This document shows, one piece after another, positions 51,110 through 60,584 of a DNA stretch of 63,707 bases (position 1 is its first letter; each line of letters starts with the position of its first letter). Below the pieces are notes generated by a model. It had not been told where the DNA came from. It made no database searches and saw nothing but the letters and a program-made list of their open reading frames with translations. This DNA comes from Bdellovibrionota bacterium (lineage in GTDB: Bacteria; Bdellovibrionota_C; UBA2361; JBGSMV01): assembly GCA_041739995.1 (NCBI GenBank), contig JBGSMV010000005.1, forward strand, positions 1 to 63,707. Reading direction: 5' to 3'. The translations under genes were made by a program, and so were the position numbers.

Positions 51110-52081
51110 GTGGCTAACAGATTGAAATTCGTGGCAGTAGGTCACCCCGGTCTTCGCGTATGTGTCGCAGCGAAAGCCGTTGCGGCTGCCTCTGTCTTTT
51201 TTCTGTTGCTGTGTGGCGTCAATCTTTTAGCGCCTCAACTAAGCCATGCCGAGGTCCCAAAGGGAGAAGAGGATCTTAAGATCCCGCCACAATTCGTTCG
51301 CGTGTCTACTCCGAACTACTTCCCTCAAGTGCCTGCGCCTGAAGAGGGTCGATTCGCTCCGGAGCTTGGCACCTATACTTTTAAGGTCGGCTGGCAGGGA
51401 ATCCCCGCGGCTACTTTAAAGCTCACCACGGAGCAGCATGGGCTCTATTACAAAGTCATCGCATCCGCTCGAACCTATAGTGGTGTCGAGCTCTTCTATA
51501 AACTTCGTTACCGAGCGGAAGGATTAATATCTGCCTTTGACTTCTCTCCGGTGCGGGCCAGTTTTTTCCAAAGTGAAAATTCGAGAGAGCGCTTTACCGA
51601 GATTTCATTCCTCGAGGATGATCAGGTTCATGCGGTATTGAGCGGAAGTAAGCGCAAGACTGAAGTGCTTCAGTTCTCCCCATACAATTCAATGCTTGAG
51701 CCTTTCTCCGCCGCGTTTCTTGCTCGTAGTCTCGACTGGAATGTGGGGACTTCTCGCTCGTTTGACACTTTCGCAGGAAAGACTCGCTACCTCATCACGC
51801 TTGAGTGCGTGGAGCAGACCACCATGGAAATCAACGGTGAAGATAGGGCGGTGTGGGTAATCGAACCACGAGTGATGAATCTCACTAGCATGAAAGATAA
51901 TGGCAAGCTCAGACGAGCCCAGATCTTTATTACCGCCGACAGTAGACGCGAATTGCTGCGCATATCGAGCGAAGTTTTTATTGGCTCAGTTTCGGCATGG
52001 CTCGATTCTTTCCAGCCAGCTCCGTCAGCAGGAAACGGAACCGTGGTTGCTCAGGGTGGGCGCGCGCCGATTCGGCGCTAG
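51110..52081 (+). CDS. DUF3108-domain exported protein
   Basis: Signal-like segment, Y...W.GIPA, EPFSAAFLARS..W..G, FAGK.RY, I.IT.D.RR, S.VFIGSV. Confidence 0.7.
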   Translation: MANRLKFVAVGHPGLRVCVAAKAVAAASVFFLLLCGVNLLAPQLSHAEVPKGEEDLKIPPQFVRVSTPNYFPQVPAPEEGRFAPELGTYTFKVGWQGIPAATLKLTTEQHGLYYKVIASARTYSGVELFYKLRYRAEGLISAFDFSPVRASFFQSENSRERFTEISFLEDDQVHAVLSGSKRKTEVLQFSPYNSMLEPFSAAFLARSLDWNVGTSRSFDTFAGKTRYLITLECVEQTTMEINGEDRAVWVIEPRVMNLTSMKDNGKLRRAQIFITADSRRELLRISSEVFIGSVSAWLDSFQPAPSAGNGTVVAQGGRAPIRR

Positions 52082-52102
52082 TTTTTGGGCAAGTACGCCC
52101 GC

Positions 52103-52265
52103 TTTCCTCTCCGTGACCACCGCGCCCTCCGCGTTAAAATCTCATTTGCAAGTTGCCACCGCAGTTGCGCGTAGCATCGAGCCGCACGAATGTATTCGTA
52201 ATCCAGGCAAGCCTTGATCGTTTTGGCTGATTACTTAACAACGCGCTGGTACGGGGTCTCCTCTC
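52103..52265 (+). repeat. BIME/REP-like composite repeat
   Basis: TTTCCTCTCCGTGACCACCGCGCCCTCCGCGTTAAAA differs by one base from the copy at 54103; linker similarity follows. Confidence 0.75.
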
Positions 52266-52537
52266 GGGTCGGCCATCCTGAAATCGCGTCCGAGCAGAGA
52301 GGGTCGGTGATGCAGGGCAAGAATTTAGTGAACCATTGGAAAACCGCAATTGAGGTTCTTGTCCGTATCTGCCGAAGTCTTGCTAGTGTTTGGTTACCGG
52401 CATCACGAGGCTTGGGCCTAGATTGAACAGTGGCGTTTAAGTGCAGGGATCAAGGGGCGTCGGAAGGTGAATTCCGACGCCCCCCTTCTCCTGTTTGCGC
52501 AAATTCCGGTGGCCCAAAGCAGATGAACTGCGCTCTG

Positions 52538-53656
52538 TTATGCAGCAATCGGAAGAAGACCCTTCGTCTTGAAGTGGGCGAAGAGCTCATCTTCATTACT
52601 GAACACCCCGTGAGCGTGGTTTGAGATGAACGGGGAAGGGGCCCGCTTGGGGAGCCACACCACGTAGACCCGCTTGCCAGATACGAACGCATGATGGAGC
52701 TCGCGCTCCACGCCAGAGGAGAGCGACGGTTTGCCGTCAGGCAGGTCAGGTACCAGGCTCACGATCATGTTGCTCTGCTCGATCAGTCGGAAGTCTCGGT
52801 CGCAGATCTGCCGATCGATCTGAAGGTCCAAAGCCAGAACCTCAGCGACTGACAGATTGACCTCGCTCTCGTCTACCATGACGGAGAAAGTCTCCTGACC
52901 CTTCTCCTGGGCGGCCTTTGCCATGAACACGATCCCCTTCTCGTCCACATCCGCCGGGTCGAACACGATGAACGACTCAGCCAAACGATCACGGAACGCG
53001 TCGATGCGCTGAAGGACCTCCGGCATGTCCATGACATGCGTCATGGGGAATGACGGATAGACCTTGGTCTGTGTCGGGTCAATGATGAGCCGCGCCACCG
53101 ACTCAGCACGACGATCGTGCGGGCCCCGTGCGGCGATGAAGGGGAGCGCGGGGGCAGGGAGCCATGTTGCCATGAGATCCGAGAAGCACAGCTCGGCCTC
53201 TCGTGCCACCATTACATCGTCCATAGTGTGAGGCAGCACGTGGTCTCTGCGCAGGCGCTCGTGCACCAGGTGCACGTTGTCGACCACGTTGATCATGAGC
53301 GAAGGACTCAACGTAGCAAGGATGTCCGGGTCTTGAGCCGGGAATAGCCCGTGCGCCCAACGGAACGAAGCGTGTGAGCTGATGAGCGTCCAGAGTTTGG
53401 GATCTCGCTCGGCGATGATTCGCCTCATCACCGAGCGGCGAAGCGCTCGAAGATGACCACGAGGAAGCTTTAGGATCTCCCCACGCGGAATCGACAGATC
53501 CTCCTCGTACATCATCGACCCGGTGTTGTAGACTCGAACGTCGGTACCACTAAGCTCGCGCAGGGACTGAGCCACCTTATTGATGAAGGGGCCCTTATCG
53601 ACGCCGACTTGTCCGGTGAACATCACCGGTCGGCTCAGTTGCTGAATGCTACTCAT
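52538..53656 (-). CDS. Fusion: archaeal adenylate-kinase-like P-loop domain + nucleoside 2-deoxyribosyltransferase-like domain
   Basis: N: FTGQVGVDK, YNTGSMM, LISSHASF...GLFP; C: KVYPSFPMTH, VFDP, RDFRLIEQSNMIV, SSGVERELHHA..GK.V; TAGGAGG RBS. Confidence 0.7.
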   Translation of the reverse strand: MSSIQQLSRPVMFTGQVGVDKGPFINKVAQSLRELSGTDVRVYNTGSMMYEEDLSIPRGEILKLPRGHLRALRRSVMRRIIAERDPKLWTLISSHASFRWAHGLFPAQDPDILATLSPSLMINVVDNVHLVHERLRRDHVLPHTMDDVMVAREAELCFSDLMATWLPAPALPFIAARGPHDRRAESVARLIIDPTQTKVYPSFPMTHVMDMPEVLQRIDAFRDRLAESFIVFDPADVDEKGIVFMAKAAQEKGQETFSVMVDESEVNLSVAEVLALDLQIDRQICDRDFRLIEQSNMIVSLVPDLPDGKPSLSSGVERELHHAFVSGKRVYVVWLPKRAPSPFISNHAHGVFSNEDELFAHFKTKGLLPIAA

Positions 53657-53664
53657 GATGAGCG

Positions 53665-53860
53665 CCTCCTAAGAAGGAAGCAGCATGTGTGGGATTAGGA
53701 GGTACACCCTCAAATAAAACTCCCTCTGCTGCGCTCAAATGAGTGTGCAGCTATGCGCGAGTTCTCGTGTGAGCGCAGCAGCGGGTTTTAAAAACCGTAT
53801 AGAATTCTTGCCACTGCATCACCGACAGAACGTTCTCTGAGCCCGATCGGCGATGCAGCG
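53665..53860 (-). promoter_or_regulatory. Structured 5' leader with three hairpins, one sequestering the SD
   Basis: Stems 53814-53825/53847-53858, 53716-53737/53770-53789 followed by a U-run, and CCTCCTAA/TTAGGAGG at 53665-53702. Confidence 0.55.
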
Positions 53861-54054
53861 CGAAAAACTGTCTACCCAAGTCCGAAAGCATGAAGAAAGA
53901 GCAATATAAAAAGAACGAAAGGGAACTGGCTGAGAAGAGTGCTGGATTGTAACGAGTTCCTCAGCACAAATCGAGGCTGCGAGAGCTCGGCGACAATCTG
54001 GGTGAGTTCAGTCTGTTAGCAGCGGTCCCCGCGTTTGGTCGTAGCTGCTGGTCA

Positions 54055-54314
54055 TTTTATAACACGGGTGACGCTGAGATCACGGAGGGGAATCAAGGAA
54101 ATTTTCCTCTCCGTGACCCCCGCGCCCTCCGCGTTAAAACTCGCTTCCGCAATTACCGCTTCAGCTATGCGTAGCGCCTGAATGCGGGAATGGATGTCTC
54201 GTGTGATCCGTCCGTAGTCGTAGCGGCGGATCATTTTACCACACGACGCAGAGGTCTCGGGGAGGAATCAAGATAGTGTCTCCCTCCGTGATCCCCGCGC
54301 CTTCCGTCTTAAAA
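54055..54314. repeat. Two REP-like imperfect palindromes with linker (BIME-like)
   Basis: Palindromes 54055-54139 and 54234-54314 share a central GAATCAAG; same family as 23296, 52103, 59268. Confidence 0.8.
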
Positions 54315-54375
54315 GGGGGATGGCGTATAATGATCTTGCACGACAGCAACAGCTGCTTCTGCCCAACTTTCTTCA

Positions 54376-55767
54376 TTATGAAGGTAGAAGCGAAGCGAGC
54401 TGAGATTGTTGGGAGTTTAGTTTGCCAATCAAAGACTCCAGTCGCGCAAAGCGCTGAGTCAGGAGCTGCTCCTGCTGTAGGAGTGAGGCTTCAATCTCAG
54501 CTACGCGCGCTTCGATGCTAGTGATCTGGGAAGAATTTCCTTTTGACGCCTGGTCTATCAACCCACTAAAGCGCGTAAACTGAGCAATGGTCCCGTCTAC
54601 TTTCGATAGCTGTTCCCCGAGACGCTCAAGAATTCCGGCGGAACTCTCGGCATCTGAACTCAGAGCGGAATTAAAAACGGTCTGGTCGAATGCGAGTGTG
54701 CCATCGCGCTGAGTGGTGACCCCTAAGTCCGATAGAGTGTTTACTAATTCACCGCTTCCGCTTGCAAGCGAGAAGGCGCTACGCAGCGAAGTGAGAACGT
54801 TTTCATCCAGTGACGATCTCGCCAGAGCTCCGAAGATGCTGGTACGCTCATTTCCCTCGCCCTCTTGGGACACTAGATCGTTCTCAGAAACGAATTGAAT
54901 CACTTCGTTGTAGGCATCAACAAAATCTTGTACCGCAGAGGCGCTCTGCGATGCATTGACCCCAACCGAAATGGTGGCGTCGCCTGTCTCTCTGAGCGAA
55001 AGAGTGATTCCAGGCAGAACGTCACTGACGGTGTTGCTGGAGCGAGTAATGGTGCCACTGATTCCAGACACGGCGAACAGCGCGTCTTTCGCGTTGTCGC
55101 TGGCGTTCGAATCGAAGGCACCGCGTGCGCTAAGAGTACCGCCAATGGCGATGTTCAGTTCACCTTCGGCAAGTCCTGTCTTGCTCGAGTTGATGACGAT
55201 GCGATAATCAGGGTCATTCGAGGTGCCCACGTTCACTACGCTGGCAGTTGCCGCGTTGGTCTGCTCGTTGAATTGAGTCACGAAATCAGAAAGCGTCGTA
55301 TTCTCATCGACATCGATATCCACCGTATCGAATGAATCGCCGATCGTGACACTGACCGTATCATTGAATGCGCTCCCGTCGGAGATTTTCGCGTCGCTGC
55401 TGGCATAGGCGCCCGCAGTGGAGCCGAATGAGAAAGTCGCATTCTTGGCAAGCTGCGTGACGGACAGTCCGTACGTCCCTACCGCTGCGCCGTTGCTGGC
55501 TGTGGCGGTTGCCACTGTTTCATCTGAAGTGCTCGCTGTCTTCGTGAGTGCGCCACCTCGAACTACTCGAAATTTATCAGCCGCCGAAGAGAGAGCGGAC
55601 AGCAGCGACTTCAGATCGCCAAGTGCGCTGTTTGTTTCCTGATATTCTGCGACCCTGGATTGCAGTGGTCGAACACGCGCCACACGTTCGCGGTCGAGCA
55701 ACGCTTCGATTAATGCTGAGGAATCAATCCCAGATGCTATGCCAGAGAAGTTAATTAGAGGTGCCAT
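54376..55767 (-). CDS. fliD: Flagellar filament cap protein, copy A
   Basis: INFSGIASGID, VTQLA, SNTVSDVLPGITLSL, FVDAYN, LSDLGV, RFARLESLIGKLNSQ. Confidence 0.93.
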   Translation of the reverse strand: MAPLINFSGIASGIDSSALIEALLDRERVARVRPLQSRVAEYQETNSALGDLKSLLSALSSAADKFRVVRGGALTKTASTSDETVATATASNGAAVGTYGLSVTQLAKNATFSFGSTAGAYASSDAKISDGSAFNDTVSVTIGDSFDTVDIDVDENTTLSDFVTQFNEQTNAATASVVNVGTSNDPDYRIVINSSKTGLAEGELNIAIGGTLSARGAFDSNASDNAKDALFAVSGISGTITRSSNTVSDVLPGITLSLRETGDATISVGVNASQSASAVQDFVDAYNEVIQFVSENDLVSQEGEGNERTSIFGALARSSLDENVLTSLRSAFSLASGSGELVNTLSDLGVTTQRDGTLAFDQTVFNSALSSDAESSAGILERLGEQLSKVDGTIAQFTRFSGLIDQASKGNSSQITSIEARVAEIEASLLQQEQLLTQRFARLESLIGKLNSQQSQLASLLPS

Positions 55768-55863
55768 CGCTATACTACCTTGTACTGCTCGTATGCTCGA
55801 ATACTCTCGGGGCTGAGAAATCCGGGCGCGTCCTATGAGCTACGTTCCTTCGCTCTATAGGGA

Positions 55864-55890
55864 ATATCGGTGAACTAGCGTGACTCTTGA
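55864..55890 (-). promoter_or_regulatory. Sigma28 (FliA)-like promoter of fliD copy A
   Basis: Minus strand TCAAG-N14-ACCGATAT, about 100 nt upstream of the ATG. Confidence 0.6.
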
Positions 55891-56124
55891 GGAGAATCGA
55901 GAAAAGCGATGTGAATAAGAGAACTTACAGGTGCGGTTTTAGAGGAGTATCATAGGCAGCCTAAGAGAGATCTGCAGATTGAGACTATTGGCAAGGCTGG
56001 GGCTTCGCCCAAGAGTCTCCTGGCCGAAGGGGTGCTAGCGGGAACCGGGTGTACTGGTGAGCTTGAGCCAAAGCGATGGCGATGGTCAATACGAGATGAC
56101 TATAGTTGCTGGTCGGCGTAACTA

Positions 56125-57606
56125 TCAGCCGGAGCCCCCAAGGCCGGCGAGTGCGGATGTGAGTGCACTCTGTTGGCCTTGCATTCGCCCAATTGTTGCC
56201 TCCAGTCGCGCGAAGCGCTGTCGCATTAATGCTTCCTGCTGGGCAATCGAGGCTTCAGCCTGTGCAATCCGGTCATTGAGATCGCTAATCTGCTTTTTGT
56301 TTGAGTTAAGAGAGGAGTCCACCAGGTTATTGAACCCGATATACTGTTGAATAATACCGGTCTGTCGACCGACCAAGTCCGCAAAGCTTTGCACGATGCT
56401 GGTGACCGAGTTCGGCTCTTTCGCAACTGCTGAGGCGAAAGCGGTGGCATTAAACTTTAGAGTGCCGCCCCCAGTGCGCGTTTGTGAGTTGTAAGGATCG
56501 CTTGCGGTGGTGATGCCGAGATCGGCGAAGATTCGAATTTCATTGGTTGCGGTGCTGCTTTCCCCAGTATTGAAAAAGGCCGAAGCACTAATCTGTGATC
56601 TAATGGAGGTGATAGCATTGTCGTCAACGCGCGTGAGCGAAAGTGGTTGAAACGTGTTCGAGACATCCTCGCCTTGCTGTTGGCGAACCACCTGGTTGTT
56701 TTCGTTTACGAAAGCGACCACATCGTTATAGGAGTTGATGAAGTCTTGGATGACTGAAGTTGTTGCCGCAACGTCATCAGCGACGGTAATGGTAGTGGGG
56801 CCACCTTCGCCCTTCAGACTGAAGGAAAGACCTTGAATCAGATCGGTTACCGTGTTGTTTGGGCGAGTAATGTTTCCGCTGATGCCGGTCATCGAAAAGC
56901 TTGAATCCTGAGCGGCCTCTTCTGTGCGCACATTGAACGCCGGTGGAGTGAGTGCCCCTAGCGCGTCGAATTCCCCGGCATCCCAGTAGATTCGCCCTTC
57001 GGCGTCTCCCATCTTGGTGGACTTAATCAAGAGCCGATAGTCAGGAGCGGCACTTGTGCCGACATTCACAAGGCTCGCGGTCGCCGCAGTGGTTTGCCCA
57101 TTAAAGGCGGTGACGAAATCACTGAGGGTGGTGGTCTCGGTGATATCGATATCGATGGTGTCAATGGGCGTTGGAAATCCAACCTTGATCGATAGTGTAT
57201 CGGAGAACGGGTCCCCAGCATTTTCAGAGATTACAGCGCTACCGGAGGTATATGTCGATGAAGAGGCTAGTGAGAGCGTGTGCCCGCGTGCGAGTTGATT
57301 GACAGTCACTGAGTAGGCACCGTTGGCGGCGCTGCCGCTAGCTGACGCGGTGACGGTGGTTTCGTCAGACGAAGTGGCACGCTTTGCAAGTACGCCGGTG
57401 CCGACGGTGGAGAGCGCGTTAAGTTGATCTTGCAGGGTTCTAAGAAGAGATTTCAGGGTATCTAGTGCGGTATTTGTTTCTTCAAGTTGTGTGATCTTCG
57501 TTTGGTGAGGACGCACTCTCGTCGCTCGAGCGGCGTCTGACGTTGCTGAGATCAGTCCCTCAGTATCAATTCCAGACGCAATTCCTGAGAAATTAATAAG
57601 CGGCAT
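56125..57606 (-). CDS. fliD: Flagellar filament cap protein, copy B
   Basis: INFSGIASGID, VNQLA, NNTVTDLIQGLSFSL, FINSYN, RFARLEATIGRMQGQ. Confidence 0.93.
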   Translation of the reverse strand: MPLINFSGIASGIDTEGLISATSDAARATRVRPHQTKITQLEETNTALDTLKSLLRTLQDQLNALSTVGTGVLAKRATSSDETTVTASASGSAANGAYSVTVNQLARGHTLSLASSSTYTSGSAVISENAGDPFSDTLSIKVGFPTPIDTIDIDITETTTLSDFVTAFNGQTTAATASLVNVGTSAAPDYRLLIKSTKMGDAEGRIYWDAGEFDALGALTPPAFNVRTEEAAQDSSFSMTGISGNITRPNNTVTDLIQGLSFSLKGEGGPTTITVADDVAATTSVIQDFINSYNDVVAFVNENNQVVRQQQGEDVSNTFQPLSLTRVDDNAITSIRSQISASAFFNTGESSTATNEIRIFADLGITTASDPYNSQTRTGGGTLKFNATAFASAVAKEPNSVTSIVQSFADLVGRQTGIIQQYIGFNNLVDSSLNSNKKQISDLNDRIAQAEASIAQQEALMRQRFARLEATIGRMQGQQSALTSALAGLGGSG

Positions 57607-57671
57607 AACTTTCCAGCATTAGGCAAATACTGCCGGGGAATTAGAGATAAACCTCACCACACGGAGAGGAA

Positions 57672-57687
57672 AGCAAGTCGGATGCCA
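57672..57687 (-). promoter_or_regulatory. Sigma54 (-24/-12) promoter of fliD copy B
   Basis: Minus strand TGGCATC-CGAC-TTGCT; GG-N10-GC spacing; about 65 nt upstream of the ATG. Confidence 0.7.
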
Positions 57688-57768
57688 GCAGCGAGGGGCC
57701 TCGCTCGGAGCTCCAAAAGCGCCTCCAAGCCTCTGGCTCTAAGCCCAGGGCTGTGGTGAAATTCGCCT

Positions 57769-59193
57769 ATGCAGATTGCGATTTCGTTTCTAGGCGCTTC
57801 GGGAACCGTGACTGGTTCTAAGTATCTAATTGAAATTCAGGGCCAGAAAACCCAGCGAATTTTGGTGGATGCTGGCCTTTTCCAAGGTAGTCGCGAGTGG
57901 CGCGAGCGCAATTGGGAAGACCCTTCCGAGCAGGTTCTGCGATCGGTCGATGCGGTACTTCTTACGCATGCCCATATTGATCACACCGGGATATTGCCAC
58001 GATACGTGCGCTTGGGATTGAAAGCCCCAGTATTTTGCACTGAGGCGACAGCCGATCTGGCGCGCTTGCTGCTTCCAGATAGTGCGGCGCTACACGAGGA
58101 AGAGGCGCGATTCAGAGCGAGGAAAGAGGCTTCGCGGCATCATCCTCCTCTTCCGTTGTATGAAGTGAGGGACGCCGAAGATGCCTTAAAATTGCTCAAG
58201 CCTGTATCCTTCGAGCGAGAGCATGAGATTCTTCCTGGTGTCTCTGCATCATGGATGCGGGTGGGGCATATTCTTGGTGCTGCCTCTATCCGCCTAAAAA
58301 TTGGTGATAGGGTTATCAACTTCTCTGGAGATCTCGGGCGCTATGAGGTGCCGATTTTAAAGGATCCCCAACCGGTTCAGCTAGGAGATTTATTATTGAT
58401 TGAGTCTACCTATGGCAACCGCTTGCATGGGTCGAGGGAGCCTGGCGGAAAATCCCCGCTCGAAAATCTGGCTAGGGTGGTGAACGAGGGCGTGAAAAGA
58501 GGAGGCGTCATCGTCGTTCCTAGTTTTGCGGTCGGAAGAACCCAGCTGTTGCTCTATTATCTACGACAGCTTAAGGAGCAGGGTAAAATTTCTGATGTGC
58601 CGATTGTGGTAGATAGTCCAATGGCTACGGATGCGACCGTTCTCTATAGAGACCATCCTGCTGACTATGATGAAGAGGCTCTGCAGATTCTTAAAGCCGG
58701 GAGACAACCATTTAGTCCGAGCAAACTTTTTTTTACCAGTGATAGAGAGGAATCAAAGAGGCTTAACGCTATTGAAGGGCCACTCATTATTATTTCAGCA
58801 AGTGGCATGCTGTCTGGCGGGCGTATTTTGCACCACTTGCGCCACCGTATTTCCAGCCCGAAGAATACTATTTTGTTTGTGGGCTACCAGCCGCCTGGTG
58901 GGCGCGGAGATTGGATCAAGAGCGGAGCGGAGACTTTAAGAATTTTCGGCCAAGAAGTTCCGATTCGTGCGCATATCGACGAAATGAGTGAGTTGAGCGC
59001 GCACGGCGATCGCGACGAAATGCTGCGCTGGTGCCGAGAGTCTATCGCGCTTTCAGGTGGAAGGGGTCCTGGACGAGTTGCCGTGGTACACGGTGAGCCT
59101 GATTCGGCGAGTGCCTTTGCAAAGACGCTCAAACATGAATTCGGGTGGAATACCTTTGTTCCGAAGTACCAGGAAAAGATCTTTCTTGAATAG
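57769..59193 (+). CDS. MBL-fold beta-CASP metallo-hydrolase (YSH1-like RNase family)
   Basis: GTVTGS, LTHAHIDHTG, GHILG, SGDLG, ESTYG, SASGM..GRI.HHL, SAHGD, VHGE. Confidence 0.93.
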   Translation: MQIAISFLGASGTVTGSKYLIEIQGQKTQRILVDAGLFQGSREWRERNWEDPSEQVLRSVDAVLLTHAHIDHTGILPRYVRLGLKAPVFCTEATADLARLLLPDSAALHEEEARFRARKEASRHHPPLPLYEVRDAEDALKLLKPVSFEREHEILPGVSASWMRVGHILGAASIRLKIGDRVINFSGDLGRYEVPILKDPQPVQLGDLLLIESTYGNRLHGSREPGGKSPLENLARVVNEGVKRGGVIVVPSFAVGRTQLLLYYLRQLKEQGKISDVPIVVDSPMATDATVLYRDHPADYDEEALQILKAGRQPFSPSKLFFTSDREESKRLNAIEGPLIIISASGMLSGGRILHHLRHRISSPKNTILFVGYQPPGGRGDWIKSGAETLRIFGQEVPIRAHIDEMSELSAHGDRDEMLRWCRESIALSGGRGPGRVAVVHGEPDSASAFAKTLKHEFGWNTFVPKYQEKIFLE

Positions 59194-59267
59194 GGTCTTG
59201 ATGTTTCCGAAGACAGGCAAGCTGCCTTAAATTGTGCAAGTCCTTGCTCGTCGTGGCTGATTGTTTG

Positions 59268-59345
59268 ATAACACGGAGGACGCCGAGGTCTCGGAGAAGA
59301 ATCAGGAAAACTTTTTCTCTGAGTCTGCGGTGCCGCCAGTGGATT
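59268..59345. repeat. REP-like imperfect palindrome between convergent genes
   Basis: ATAACACGGAGGACGCCGAGGTCTCGGAGAAGAATCAGG..., similar to 54055 and 54234. Confidence 0.65.
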
Positions 59346-59366
59346 CTAGCGGTCAGTTCTGAATGC

Positions 59367-60227
59367 TTATCCCAGCAACTCCCGCACAAGAGCCGGTTGC
59401 TGATTCGCTTGGGCAAGGACCGCCACATTCGCCTGTTGCAATACTTGCAGTCTGACTAGTTCTGCAGCATCTGCCGCCACATCTGCGTCTCTGATACGGC
59501 TTTCAGCCGCAATAAAATTCTCTCTCGCGACTTGCAAATAACCCACCGCGACATTCAGGCGGCTCTCGGCCGCACCTATAGTTCCGCGTACTGAGCTGAG
59601 TGAACTAATCGCTGCGTCGATTTGATCGATGGCGTTCTGGGCGGCGAGTTGGGCGGCAGCAGAAGTGACATCAATAATGGAGAAGGAAAGTGCGCTTGAG
59701 CCCGGACTCGCGAGCCCAAGAGAGGAGAGCGTTGCTTGAACGCCTTGAATTGAAATACGTGAATTGGCTGTTCCATCGAGACCGACCTGTAGGGTTACGG
59801 AGTTGCTTCCCGAAAGAAGTTTCACACCGTTGAATTCGGTAGTGACCGCAATTCGTTCGATTTCCGAACCGAGTGCCACAAATTCAGAGGAGAGCGCCGA
59901 GCGCTGAGCATTGGTGTATACTCCGTTCGCGCTTTGAGTGGCGAGCTCAGAAAGTCGCGAAAGAATACTTCCTATCTGCTCAAGTCCCGCACTTGCGATT
60001 GAGGTGATAGATATTCCGTCGTTCGCGTTTCGGATGGCGACAGTGGCTATTCTGCTATCAGCTCGCAGTGAGTCTGCCAGGCTTAAGCCCGCAGGGTCAT
60101 CAGATGCCTTATTTATTCTTAAGCCCGACGACAAACGCTCGTAGACACTGCTTAGTTGCTGTGTAGTACGGCTCAGTGTGGTTTGAGCTTTTAGTGAGGC
60201 GACATTGCTTGCCGCGGTGATAGTCAT
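59367..60227 (-). CDS. fliC: Short flagellin (D0/D1 only)
   Basis: ERLSSGLRINKASDDPAGL, RNANDGIS, FNG..LL, RG.IGA, AESRIRDADVA, LAQANQ; AAGGAGG RBS. Confidence 0.93.
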   Translation of the reverse strand: MTITAASNVASLKAQTTLSRTTQQLSSVYERLSSGLRINKASDDPAGLSLADSLRADSRIATVAIRNANDGISITSIASAGLEQIGSILSRLSELATQSANGVYTNAQRSALSSEFVALGSEIERIAVTTEFNGVKLLSGSNSVTLQVGLDGTANSRISIQGVQATLSSLGLASPGSSALSFSIIDVTSAAAQLAAQNAIDQIDAAISSLSSVRGTIGAAESRLNVAVGYLQVARENFIAAESRIRDADVAADAAELVRLQVLQQANVAVLAQANQQPALVRELLG

Positions 60228-60410
60228 ATAGAGCCAACCTCCTTGGCGTGGACCTCTCGCGCACACCCATAAGGAGCCGCGGCCTAGCGAGTATCCAAAT
60301 CCATTTAGGCTGACATCAGGGTTGCTCTGCGAAAAGCGATCGGTTGCTGACATGCCGCGAGATAGCTCTCACAAACATGGGCGCCGCATCTTAGCCCTAC
60401 AGCACTCAGC

Positions 60411-60426
60411 GGCAGAATTGGCGCCA
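60411..60426 (-). promoter_or_regulatory. Possible sigma54 promoter of the flagellin gene
   Basis: Minus strand TGGCGCC-AATT-CTGCC with GG-N10-GC spacing; imperfect -12 element. Confidence 0.35.
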
Positions 60427-60584
60427 CAGTTAACAATCTGAGCCATTTTTCTGCTAAAGCTTCTAAATGATAGGCAGAGTTGTGCGGCACGCGCTGTTTA
60501 GTGTGGGACTAGGAGAATTGCTTACAAGAAGCTTTGGCAGGGACAAAAATTGGGCGACATGCCCGGTAGACTGAATATGGGGAG

